24,000 nt of DNA from Fusobacterium sp. (GCF_046462455.1 NZ_JBKGVC010000021.1:9966-33965); one strand, 5' to 3'. Positions 1 to 8,504 are shown, numbered from the stretch's first letter. Translations and numbers: made by a program. The notes: generated by a model from the letters alone, not told the origin.

Positions 1-1095
1 GCTCACAAGTTTTTCTCTTTTTATATTAAACTTATCCAGAGCTCCTGTTGTGAAAGATTCAAGCATAGATATACTTGATGAAAGTCCTGCTACAAACAGA
101 CAAAGGAAAAATACAAATCCTATTATTCCCTGTAACACTGTATTTGACGTTATTGTTGAAATAGCTATTGGAAAAGCAACAAATGCTATCCCAGCTCCAT
201 TTCCAAATGAGTTGAAATCCACTCCCAGATTATTTACCAGATATCCTAAAGTTGAAAATACTGTAATCCCTGCAATTATATCAAATGAAGCATTTGACAG
301 AACTGTTATAAATGAACTGTTTACTATATCCCACTTATCTGGAATGTAAGAACCATATGCTATCATCACTCCCACTGCAAGTGTTGTTGAGAAAAATACC
401 TGTGCATATGCTGCAACCCATATACTTGGATTCAGTATTTTTTCAAATCTCGGTGTAAAAAGTGCATTCAGTCCAATTGAAGCTCCATTGAGTCTAAGTG
501 AATTAAACATGAATATCACCATCAGAACCATAAGAAGAGGAGTAAAAAGTTTTGAGGCTTTTTCAATCCCTCCTGAGATACCTTTCTTAACAATTATCCA
601 GTTTCCAAACCATACTATCATTATAAATCCAAGCATGTATTTACTTATACCAGCTGCAAAGTCAAATGGTCCGTCAGCACTTCCAACTATGATTCCCATA
701 AGTTTTCCAGGCTCTGACATCCAGTCTACAATGCCAAATGCATGTGCAAGTGAATAAACCATAAACACCACTGACACAGAAATTATTGTACAGTAAAACA
801 TCATCACTACAATGGGTATCATTATCTGAACCCATCCAAACCATTCAAATCTTTTCCCCAGACTTCTGAATGCTTTAGTTGACCCACCACGGACATTTCG
901 TCCAAGCTGATACTCAAGTATCATAAGAGGAACTCCACATGTAAAAATAGCAACTATATATGGCAGAAAGAATGCTCCCCCTCCATTTTTATATGCCTGA
1001 AAAGGAAATCTCCACAGGTTTCCCAGTCCTATTGCTGCTCCAACTGCTGCATAGATAAAACCTTTTCTACTGTTCCACAACTCTCGTTTAGCCAT
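1..1095 (-). CDS. Neurotransmitter:sodium symporter (NSS/SNF) family amino-acid transporter, N-terminal 365 codons only (C-terminus lies beyond window start)
   Basis: Absent from the ORF track because its stop is outside the window. I checked all 365 in-frame triplets from 1095 to 1 on the minus strand and found no stop. ATG at 1093-1095 is preceded by GAGGAGAGG 5 nt upstream. Translation MAKRELWNSRKGFIYAAVGAAIGLGNLWRFPFQAYKNGGGAFFLPYIVAIFTCGVPLMILEYQLG... carries the NSS signature G-L-G-N-x-W-R-F-P and a multi-TM hydrophobic pattern. Confidence 0.85.
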   Translation of the reverse strand, partial: MAKRELWNSRKGFIYAAVGAAIGLGNLWRFPFQAYKNGGGAFFLPYIVAIFTCGVPLMILEYQLGRNVRGGSTKAFRSLGKRFEWFGWVQIMIPIVVMMFYCTIISVSVVFMVYSLAHAFGIVDWMSEPGKLMGIIVGSADGPFDFAAGISKYMLGFIMIVWFGNWIIVKKGISGGIEKASKLFTPLLMVLMVIFMFNSLRLNGASIGLNALFTPRFEKILNPSIWVAAYAQVFFSTTLAVGVMIAYGSYIPDKWDIVNSSFITVLSNASFDIIAGITVFSTLGYLVNNLGVDFNSFGNGAGIAFVAFPIAISTITSNTVLQGIIGFVFFLCLFVAGLSSSISMLESFTTGALDKFNIKREKLVS

Positions 1096-1126
1096 ATTAT
1101 CCTCTCCTCATTTTAAATTTATAAAT

Positions 1127-1155
1127 AAAAAAAGGCAATCTGCTAGATTGCCTTT
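1127..1155 (-). terminator. Intrinsic terminator / attenuator hairpin in the leader of the NSS transporter
   Basis: The minus strand reads AAAGGCAATCT-AGC-AGATTGCCTTT followed by TTTT-A-TTT. This is a perfect 11-bp stem, a 3-nt loop and a 7-U run counting the stem end. It lies about 30 nt upstream of the transporter ATG, inside the 5' leader and not after a gene. Confidence 0.7.
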
Positions 1156-1228
1156 AAAACACTATATAATAATACATACTCCTGGTAACATCCAGAAATA
1201 TATACATAAAAATCATATTATTTCGGAG

Positions 1229-1348
1229 TTACATAGATAGAGATATGTTATCAATAGACACAAGCCAATTTCTAACATTAAAAATTCTATGAAGTTTTAC
1301 TATGTAGCTCCACCACCAACATTGAAATTTAATATTAGTCTGTCTCAT
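1229..1348 (-). CDS. Candidate leader peptide, 39 aa (MRQTNIKFQCWWWSYIVKLHRIFNVRNWLVSIDNISLSM), with three consecutive Trp codons
   Basis: ATG at 1346-1348 sits 9 nt downstream of a strong SD, AGGAAAGGGAGG (1358-1369). Codons 11-13 are TGG TGG TGG (1310-1318), with a fourth TGG at codon 28. TAA stop is at 1229-1231. The ORF lies between a sigma70-like promoter and the terminator at 1127-1155. It is too short for the ORF track. Confidence 0.5.
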   Translation of the reverse strand: MRQTNIKFQCWWWSYIVKLHRIFNVRNWLVSIDNISLSM

Positions 1349-1383
1349 GTTTGATAACCTCCCTTTCCTAAATTCTTAAAACA

Positions 1384-1412
1384 AGTATATTATAAAAAAA
1401 GACATTTGTCAA
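1384..1412 (-). promoter_or_regulatory. Sigma70-like promoter for the leader ORF / NSS transporter
   Basis: Minus strand TTGACA (1407-1412), 17-nt spacer, TATACT (1384-1389). It sits about 15-25 nt upstream of the leader SD. Confidence 0.4.
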
Positions 1413-1473
1413 TAGATAATTACACCTTGAGAGTTCTCATGTCACTTACATGTTCTCACGGATATTTTTCAAT

Positions 1474-2130
1474 CTATCTGTTGTCTTTCAAATAGTTCAT
1501 CACATCAATGAGAGAATCAAATTTCATAGTTGCAAGTTTATTTTCCTCTGGTGTAAATTTTATAGTATCCTCAACCACAAAACATCTGATTCCACCATTA
1601 AATGCTGCAGTGGCTCCCATAACTGAATCCTCTATAACCACTGCCTGTGATTTATCCACTCCAACCTTTGCACAGGCCTTTAAAAACACCTCTGGATCAG
1701 GTTTACTTTTCCTAACCTCATCTCCAAAAATAAAACTATCAAAATAGTCGTATACTCCTGTAAACTTAAGATTTCTTGTAGCACTTTCCTTCACTGTTGA
1801 AGTAGCTATCACACACTTAAGTCCAACTTTTTTTATAAACTCAAGGATTTCAACAACCCCTTTTTTAAGTTTTACTCCCCCTTCTGATGCCATTATCTCA
1901 CGCTGTTTTTTCTTTTTCATATCAAGGATTTTTACAGCCATGTCACTTCCATATTTTTCACTTAAGATTCTGGTAGTTCTTACATAGTTACCACCTTTTA
2001 TGTGTCTCAAATCCTCTTCAGTCATTACTGCTCCAAGTTCTTTTGCAGTATCAAGCCATGCTATATTAGCTATTCTTTCACTGTCTAAAACAACTCCGTC
2101 CATATCAAAAATAACCAGTTTTATGTTCAT
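1474..2130 (-). CDS. HAD-IA family hydrolase (beta-phosphoglucomutase/sugar-phosphatase-like)
   Basis: 218 aa ORF. HAD motif I is FDMDGVVLDS, motif II is IATST, and there is a C-terminal K...EDS/GxxAA motif region (KPDPEVF...VVIEDSVMGATAAFNGG). SD GGGAG lies upstream. Confidence 0.85.
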   Translation of the reverse strand: MNIKLVIFDMDGVVLDSERIANIAWLDTAKELGAVMTEEDLRHIKGGNYVRTTRILSEKYGSDMAVKILDMKKKKQREIMASEGGVKLKKGVVEILEFIKKVGLKCVIATSTVKESATRNLKFTGVYDYFDSFIFGDEVRKSKPDPEVFLKACAKVGVDKSQAVVIEDSVMGATAAFNGGIRCFVVEDTIKFTPEENKLATMKFDSLIDVMNYLKDNR

Positions 2131-2155
2131 CTTTCCAACTCCCGCTCTGATATTT

Positions 2156-2869
2156 TCACTCTATTCTTTCTCCGTCTTTGTAGAGAATTACTCCTGACAA
2201 AGTACCATCTTCACGATACCTTTCACATCTTCCATAGAGTTTACCCATATAGTATACATTCTTTTCCTTGATTTTTCCATCAGGATAATATGTTCTTGCC
2301 ACTCCCGACAAAGCATCCCCTTCATAAAACCCATCAAATTTCAGTTTTCCATTTTCATAATATTCTTTATAATGACCGTTTAATTTCCCATTTTTATAAC
2401 ATGTTTCCATTTCAAGAGATCCATTTTCATAGTAATGTCCATGCCAACCATACAAAGAATCATCAATATAATATCCTTTCTCTCTTAAATTTCCATTTTT
2501 ATAATATACTTCCCATGGTCCATTAAGTCTTCCCTTATGAAATACACAAGTTGACTCCAGTTGACCATCCTCATAGTAACTTCTAGATATTCCACAAAGT
2601 TTTCCATATACATAAAGATCCACTTGTTTAATATTTCCATTTATATAGTAAAATTTGCTCACTCCGTGAAGCATCCCATTTCGATAACAACTTTCAACTG
2701 CTAGATTACCATTTCGATAATATTCCTTATACTCTCCATCTTTTCTTTTTGGCTCTGTATACAATTGATAATTTAAAATACTCTCCTCTTTTGAAAGATC
2801 ATTATAAAGATCTAGAGTAGCTAAAATCATGCATATACAGATGCTAACCAATAAAATTATTTTTTTCAT
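2156..2869 (-). CDS. MORN-variant (YwqK-like) repeat protein with N-terminal signal/anchor
   Basis: 237 aa. The N-terminus MKKIILLVSICICMILATL is hydrophobic. About 8 tandem units of 23-24 aa follow, of the form G-x-x-x-x-Y-Y-x-N/D-G-x-L-x-x-x-x-x-Y-x-x-G-K-L (aa 45-235, nt 2165-2737). Confidence 0.8.
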   Translation of the reverse strand: MKKIILLVSICICMILATLDLYNDLSKEESILNYQLYTEPKRKDGEYKEYYRNGNLAVESCYRNGMLHGVSKFYYINGNIKQVDLYVYGKLCGISRSYYEDGQLESTCVFHKGRLNGPWEVYYKNGNLREKGYYIDDSLYGWHGHYYENGSLEMETCYKNGKLNGHYKEYYENGKLKFDGFYEGDALSGVARTYYPDGKIKEKNVYYMGKLYGRCERYREDGTLSGVILYKDGERIE

Positions 2870-2911
2870 AGAGCCCCGCCCTTTTTATATGTATTTTGAT
2901 AATTATACCTC

Positions 2912-2941
2912 ATTATAGCAAAAAATTCCATAAAAAAACAA
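2912..2941 (-). promoter_or_regulatory. Sigma70-like promoter (extended -10) for the MORN-HAD operon
   Basis: Minus strand TTGTTT (2936-2941), 18-nt spacer ending in TGc, TATAAT (2912-2917). Confidence 0.35.
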
Positions 2942-3065
2942 TTTTATACACAATTTTTTATAACTTTTTTAAAAAAATATGTTGTTTTTTTCATTTTGAA
3001 AATTTAAAACCTTTTTTTGCTTTTCATTAACAATTGCTAAAAAGGAACTAAATTCCTGTTAAAGA

Positions 3066-3395
3066 CTATATTTTTATTAACTGCAAAAGGATTATATAGG
3101 ATATTGTTCCTCCAGCTATACTTAAAAGCATATTTCGTTTAAAAATATGCGCTCCTATCACAATTGCACTGGCTATCATTTTTATAATAAATCCCTTAGG
3201 ATCTGCAAACGACACATCTTTATATGAAAATACTACCAGAAGTCCCATTACAGCAAATGGTAAAACTTTTCCAAGATACCTTACAAAATCAGGAATCTTT
3301 TGAGGGTTTGGAAAAAGTATAAATGATATGCACCTTGTGAGCACAGTTCCTATTACAGCTAAACCTATTGTTATTACTATTTGATATTTATTCAT
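3066..3395 (-). CDS. azlD: AzlD-like small membrane protein (branched-chain amino acid transport)
   Basis: 109 aa, strongly hydrophobic. Its ATG overlaps the stop of the upstream azlC-like gene by 8 nt (ATGAATAA), the usual azlC-azlD arrangement. Confidence 0.7.
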   Translation of the reverse strand: MNKYQIVITIGLAVIGTVLTRCISFILFPNPQKIPDFVRYLGKVLPFAVMGLLVVFSYKDVSFADPKGFIIKMIASAIVIGAHIFKRNMLLSIAGGTISYIILLQLIKI

Positions 3396-4095
3396 TTATC
3401 TTCTCCTTTTTTCTTAATATTCCAAATACAATAAGCATCATTATCATAGCCGGTACAACAAAATAATCTGGTCTTGGAAATATATTTCTAAAAACAAGAA
3501 ATGAAATAATAGAACATAAAAGTCCCACTACAGCAGGAGTATGAACTTTCTGAGTCGTCCACTGCTCTACAAATATAACAAGAAACAAAGCTGTAAGAAC
3601 AAAATCAAGCCCCTCTATTTTTATAGTTATAAAGTTGCTTAAAATAGCTCCCAGAGTAGCTCCACCTACCCAGTAACTGTAATTCAGCCACGTTATATGA
3701 AGCATAAACCACCCTTTGTCTATACCTGGAGGAAGTTTTACATCACAGTTTATTGAAAATGTCTCATCACACAATCCGAAAATAAGAAAATACTTTTTCC
3801 ACCCTGTATTTTTAAACTTATCCAGCATAGAAAGACCATAAAAAATATGTCTTGCATTTACCATCACTGTAAGAAAAAATACAAGCAGTGGATTAAACGG
3901 AGCTTTTAAAATATCTGCAAATAAAAATTCCAGTGAACCCGCAAATACAACGGCACTGGTCACAATGGGATATATCATGGAAAATCCAGCACCAGTCATA
4001 ATAAAACCATAAGACATCCCTAAAAATAAAAATCCTGCCAAAATCGGTACTGTTCTTGGAAATGCGACTTTAAACGCATCTTTACATCTTGACAT
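3388..4095 (-). CDS. azlC: AzlC family branched-chain amino acid transporter permease
   Basis: Polytopic membrane ORF (FPRTVPILAGFLFLGMSYGF...) paired with azlD. The track start at 4101 is only 2 nt from the AAGGAG SD. The ATG at 4093-4095 has 8-nt spacing and is preferred. Confidence 0.75.
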   Translation of the reverse strand: MSRCKDAFKVAFPRTVPILAGFLFLGMSYGFIMTGAGFSMIYPIVTSAVVFAGSLEFLFADILKAPFNPLLVFFLTVMVNARHIFYGLSMLDKFKNTGWKKYFLIFGLCDETFSINCDVKLPPGIDKGWFMLHITWLNYSYWVGGATLGAILSNFITIKIEGLDFVLTALFLVIFVEQWTTQKVHTPAVVGLLCSIISFLVFRNIFPRPDYFVVPAMIMMLIVFGILRKKEKINE

Positions 4096-4139
4096 AATCA
4101 TTTCTCCTTATATTCAGTTATTTAACATATCATTCTTAA

Positions 4140-4169
4140 ATTCTACTACAATTACCACATTTATGTCAA
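4140..4169 (-). promoter_or_regulatory. Candidate promoter for azlCD
   Basis: Minus strand TTGACA (4164-4169), 18-nt spacer, TAGAAT (4140-4145). Confidence 0.3.
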
Positions 4170-4223
4170 TTTATTTGTTAACTTTTTATTTAAAAGACTA
4201 CTTTTTTAATACAGTTATAATAT

Positions 4224-4250
4224 AAAAAACTCCTTTCAAAAGAAAGGAGT
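4224..4250 (-). terminator. Intrinsic terminator after the PTS EIICB gene
   Basis: Minus strand ACTCCTTTC-TTTT-GAAAGGAGT followed by TTTTTAT. It begins 20 nt after the stop at 4270. Confidence 0.75.
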
Positions 4251-4269
4251 CTATATATAAACGTTATTT

Positions 4270-5754
4270 CTATAATCCCAATATTTTTTTCATATCTCCT
4301 GCTATAAACTGTGCTCTTGCACCGAATATAACCTGAATCCCTGTTTTTCCCACTTTTACCACACCGCTTGCTCCCAGTGATGAAAAAGCTTTTTCATCTA
4401 CAAGAGATGTATCCTTAACTTCCAGTCTAAGTCTTGTAATACAGTAATCAACTGAAACTATATTATCTTTTCCACCTAAATAGTTTATTACAAGTGCCGA
4501 AGTTTCTTCTGGTGTATAATCATCTTTTGGAGTACTCATATCTGTTGCTTCTCTTCCTGGAGTTTTAAGATCAAATTTTCTGATCATAAATCTGAATCCT
4601 GCATAATAACACACTGCCATGAATATTCCGAATATTATTACATTTATGTAGTTTGTTTCATAACCTGAAAATGAAGGTAATATTCCAAAAGAAACATAGT
4701 CAATAAGACCTGCTGAGAATGATTTTGCAATATGCACATTCATAAGATACATTGCCATATATGAAAATCCGGTAAATATAGCATTGAAAAGATAAAGCAT
4801 AGGTGCAACAAATATAAATGTAAACTCTATAGGCTCAGTTATTCCTGTAAGGAAACATGTAAGAGCTGCTGATGCAAGAATACCTCCAACCATCTTTTTA
4901 TTTTTAGGAAGAGCTTCATGATACATTGCAAGTGCTGCTGCTGGCAGAGCAAGTAACATAAGAGGATATTCTCCCTGCAGGAATTTTCCTGCTCCCATAT
5001 ATGTATCACTTGAGAAGTTTTTAACTCCCTCTTCAAGCATTTTGAACCATATTGTTTGGTCTCCATGAATCACATTTCCTGCTTTAGTTACATAGTCTCC
5101 AAAGTTAAACCAGTATGGAGTATAGAAAATGTGGTGAAGTCCTGTAGGTATCAAAGCTCTTTCTGTAAAACCGAATATAAATGTTGAAAGTGCCTGATTA
5201 CTTCCATTTGCAAGATTTGATAAAACTCCTATTCCATTCTGGATAGGTCCCCATATACTTGGAAATACAAGTCCTATTACAAATGAAACCACTGCTGTTA
5301 TAATAGGGACAAATCTCTTCCCTGAGAAAAATCCAAGAAAATCAGGAAGTTTGATTCTATAAAATTTATTATACATTACAGCAGCAAGTACCCCTGCTAT
5401 AAGTCCGACGAAAACTCCACTTTGAAGTGTAGGAATACCCATTACAAATGTGTAAGCTCCTCCTTCTTCAGCCATTGTAGGTGTTACCCCTGCTACAATC
5501 CCTGCAGTTGAATTTATTATAAGCATAGCAACTATTGAAGCAAGTGCCGCTATACCTGACTCTCCAGAGAGCCCTACTGCCGCTCCCACTGCAAACAATA
5601 CAGGCAGGTTGTCAAAAAGTATTCCTCCTGCATTTGTCATAAGATCTATTCCAAACCTATCTCCAAATGCTAGCAGAATTCCTGCTGCTGGTAAAATTGA
5701 AATAGGTAGCATTAAAGCCTTTCCTACTTTTTGTAATCCAGAAAAAACTTTCAT
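4270..5754 (-). CDS. PTS glucose/GlcNAc-family transporter, fused EIIC-EIIB (no EIIA domain)
   Basis: 494 aa. N-terminus LQKVGKALMLPISILPAAGILL and EIIC motif GITEPIEF. The C-terminal EIIB domain has the active-site Cys motif DYCITRLRLEVKD. SD GGAG lies 9 nt upstream. Confidence 0.9.
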   Translation of the reverse strand: MKVFSGLQKVGKALMLPISILPAAGILLAFGDRFGIDLMTNAGGILFDNLPVLFAVGAAVGLSGESGIAALASIVAMLIINSTAGIVAGVTPTMAEEGGAYTFVMGIPTLQSGVFVGLIAGVLAAVMYNKFYRIKLPDFLGFFSGKRFVPIITAVVSFVIGLVFPSIWGPIQNGIGVLSNLANGSNQALSTFIFGFTERALIPTGLHHIFYTPYWFNFGDYVTKAGNVIHGDQTIWFKMLEEGVKNFSSDTYMGAGKFLQGEYPLMLLALPAAALAMYHEALPKNKKMVGGILASAALTCFLTGITEPIEFTFIFVAPMLYLFNAIFTGFSYMAMYLMNVHIAKSFSAGLIDYVSFGILPSFSGYETNYINVIIFGIFMAVCYYAGFRFMIRKFDLKTPGREATDMSTPKDDYTPEETSALVINYLGGKDNIVSVDYCITRLRLEVKDTSLVDEKAFSSLGASGVVKVGKTGIQVIFGARAQFIAGDMKKILGL

Positions 5755-5881
5755 TCATTACATCTCCTTTTAGTATTTTTTGTATTATTTCATGTCTCTT
5801 TTAATATACTACTAGAGGTTATCACTTTTACTCTTCAAAGTCAAGTTTTAAAAATATTTTTTCGTAATTAAATGATACTTA

Positions 5882-5910
5882 TTGACAAAATAGGGAATTA
5901 ATAGTATTCT
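5882..5910 (+). promoter_or_regulatory. Sigma70-like promoter for the transposase-like HTH gene
   Basis: TTGACA (5882-5887), 17-nt spacer, TATTCT (5905-5910), about 15 nt upstream of the AAGGAG SD. Confidence 0.4.
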
Positions 5911-5938
5911 AAAACTATCATTATAAGGAGTCATGGAG

Positions 5939-7006
5939 ATGAAAAAAGAAAAAAAATATCAAAGATATGAGATTATAAAACCTTTTTTAGATGGAAAAAT
6001 AACTCTGAAAGAGATAGCTCAAAACAGTGATGTATCTTATCCCACTCTCAAAAGATGGGTAAAAAGTTATAAGAAAAAAGGAATAGAAGGACTGGACGTA
6101 AAAAAAAGATCTGACAGAAACTCTTTCAGAAAAGCTGACAGATCAATAATATCAAAGATTGAATCTCTTTATAAAAAAAACAAGGAAAAAACTCTACTCT
6201 CTCTATATGATGAAGTAAAATCTTCACTTGAGACCACATTGAGTTTCAATACCTTTTATCGTATTGTAAACAATCTTGACAGTTATCTTAAAAATAAATC
6301 TAAATTTCTTATAAATAAAAATATTGAACTTGGAGATGTATACATAGTCAAGGTTTTTCTTTCATACCACTTTGTAAACTGCAACGGGCAAAAAAAACTC
6401 CCTATAATACTTCTGGCTTTCAATGCCTCAACACTTGATTTTATAGATTTTCACATTGCTTTTGATACAAAATTTACAAGCTCTATCTCCGCTTTTTTGA
6501 GAGAGATAATACTCAAAGGTGCTGAAAACTATAATATTTCATATCTTCCAAAAGAGATACTGGTGGACACTTCAATATCTATTCCTAAAAAAGTGAAGGA
6601 ACAGATATTTGAAAAAACAGAGATTAAGATCCTTGATTTTGAAGCTAACAACAAAGAGATGGATGAGTTTATAACCTATATGAGTAAAGATCTCAACAAA
6701 ACATTTGGCGAGGAGACAGATTATGAAACCTTTCACAATTTTTTTAAAAATTACTCTGTATTCTACAACCTTGAAGCCAAAACAGGACTTTCTGAGAAAA
6801 ATTTTGAAAAGCTCAATATATTCCTGCCAAAGATAAAAAGAAAAATATCCAATTACGGAATAAGAATAAACAACAGATTTTACAATGCAGATTTTCTTAA
6901 GGATTATATAGGGAAAATTTTACACATTATCTACAACCCTATAAATTTTACCTCACTGAAGGTTTATAATAAAAAACATTTTATTGATGAGATAAAAATA
7001 AAATAA
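5939..7006 (+). CDS. HTH protein related to Mu/Tn552/TnsB-type DDE transposases, apparently lacking the catalytic acidic triad (possible exapted regulator)
   Basis: The N-terminal YEIIKPFLDGKITLKEIAQNSDVSYPTLKRWVKSYKKKGIEGL resembles the HTH opening of this transposase class. The C-terminal GIRINNRFYNADFLKDYIGKILHIIYNPINFTSLKVY resembles the Mu-transposase C-terminal barrel. The central region (DVYIVKVFLSY / ILLAFNASTLDF) lacks the expected D...D. The track start at 5933 is 2 nt from the SD, so the second ATG at 5939 (8-nt spacing) is preferred. Confidence 0.55.
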   Translation: MKKEKKYQRYEIIKPFLDGKITLKEIAQNSDVSYPTLKRWVKSYKKKGIEGLDVKKRSDRNSFRKADRSIISKIESLYKKNKEKTLLSLYDEVKSSLETTLSFNTFYRIVNNLDSYLKNKSKFLINKNIELGDVYIVKVFLSYHFVNCNGQKKLPIILLAFNASTLDFIDFHIAFDTKFTSSISAFLREIILKGAENYNISYLPKEILVDTSISIPKKVKEQIFEKTEIKILDFEANNKEMDEFITYMSKDLNKTFGEETDYETFHNFFKNYSVFYNLEAKTGLSEKNFEKLNIFLPKIKRKISNYGIRINNRFYNADFLKDYIGKILHIIYNPINFTSLKVYNKKHFIDEIKIK

Positions 7007-7007
7007 A

Positions 7008-7071
7008 GTACGGAGCTTTAAAGAATCTCTCCTCAAAAGAGTTGATATCCTTAAGTGATCCGTACTTTTTT
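7008..7071. terminator. Long compound hairpin, probable bidirectional terminator between convergent genes
   Basis: GTACGGA (7008-7014) pairs with TCCGTAC (7059-7065). The interior pairs imperfectly, with an apical CTCT-cctcaaa-AGAG. A TTTTTT run follows on plus and an A-rich run precedes it, giving a U-run on minus. Confidence 0.55.
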
Positions 7072-7073
7072 AT

Positions 7074-8504
<1,431 letters not shown>

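Noticed and set aside
50-757. Two plus-strand track ORFs (50-349, 488-757)
   Set aside because: Both lie entirely antisense to the uninterrupted 365-codon NSS transporter frame. They have no SD and their translations are low-complexity with no recognisable motifs.
1296-1320. T-box riboswitch reading of GTTGGTGGTGGAGC in the transporter leader
   Set aside because: It shares only GGTGGT with the T-box consensus (GGGTGGTACCGCG). It lies about 160 nt upstream of the terminator instead of forming its antiterminator. I see no specifier-loop or stem I features. The sequence is in frame as TGG codons of an sORF with a strong SD.
1508-2526. Plus-strand track ORFs 1508-1747, 2000-2197 and 2290-2526
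   Set aside because: They are antisense to the HAD and MORN genes, which have clear family motifs. They have no SD and a skewed S/T/F/H-rich composition typical of antisense reading of AT-rich genes.
4839-5066. 75-aa minus-strand ORF inside the PTS gene
   Set aside because: It is out of frame within a complete EIICB gene. No SD, no motifs.
5933-7006. Annotating this gene as an active IS element or transposon (mobile_element)
   Set aside because: It has no terminal inverted repeats, direct repeats or accessory transposition genes in the flanks. The catalytic acidic residues are not evident, and the flanks are an ordinary promoter and terminator. It is kept as a CDS with a domestication hypothesis.
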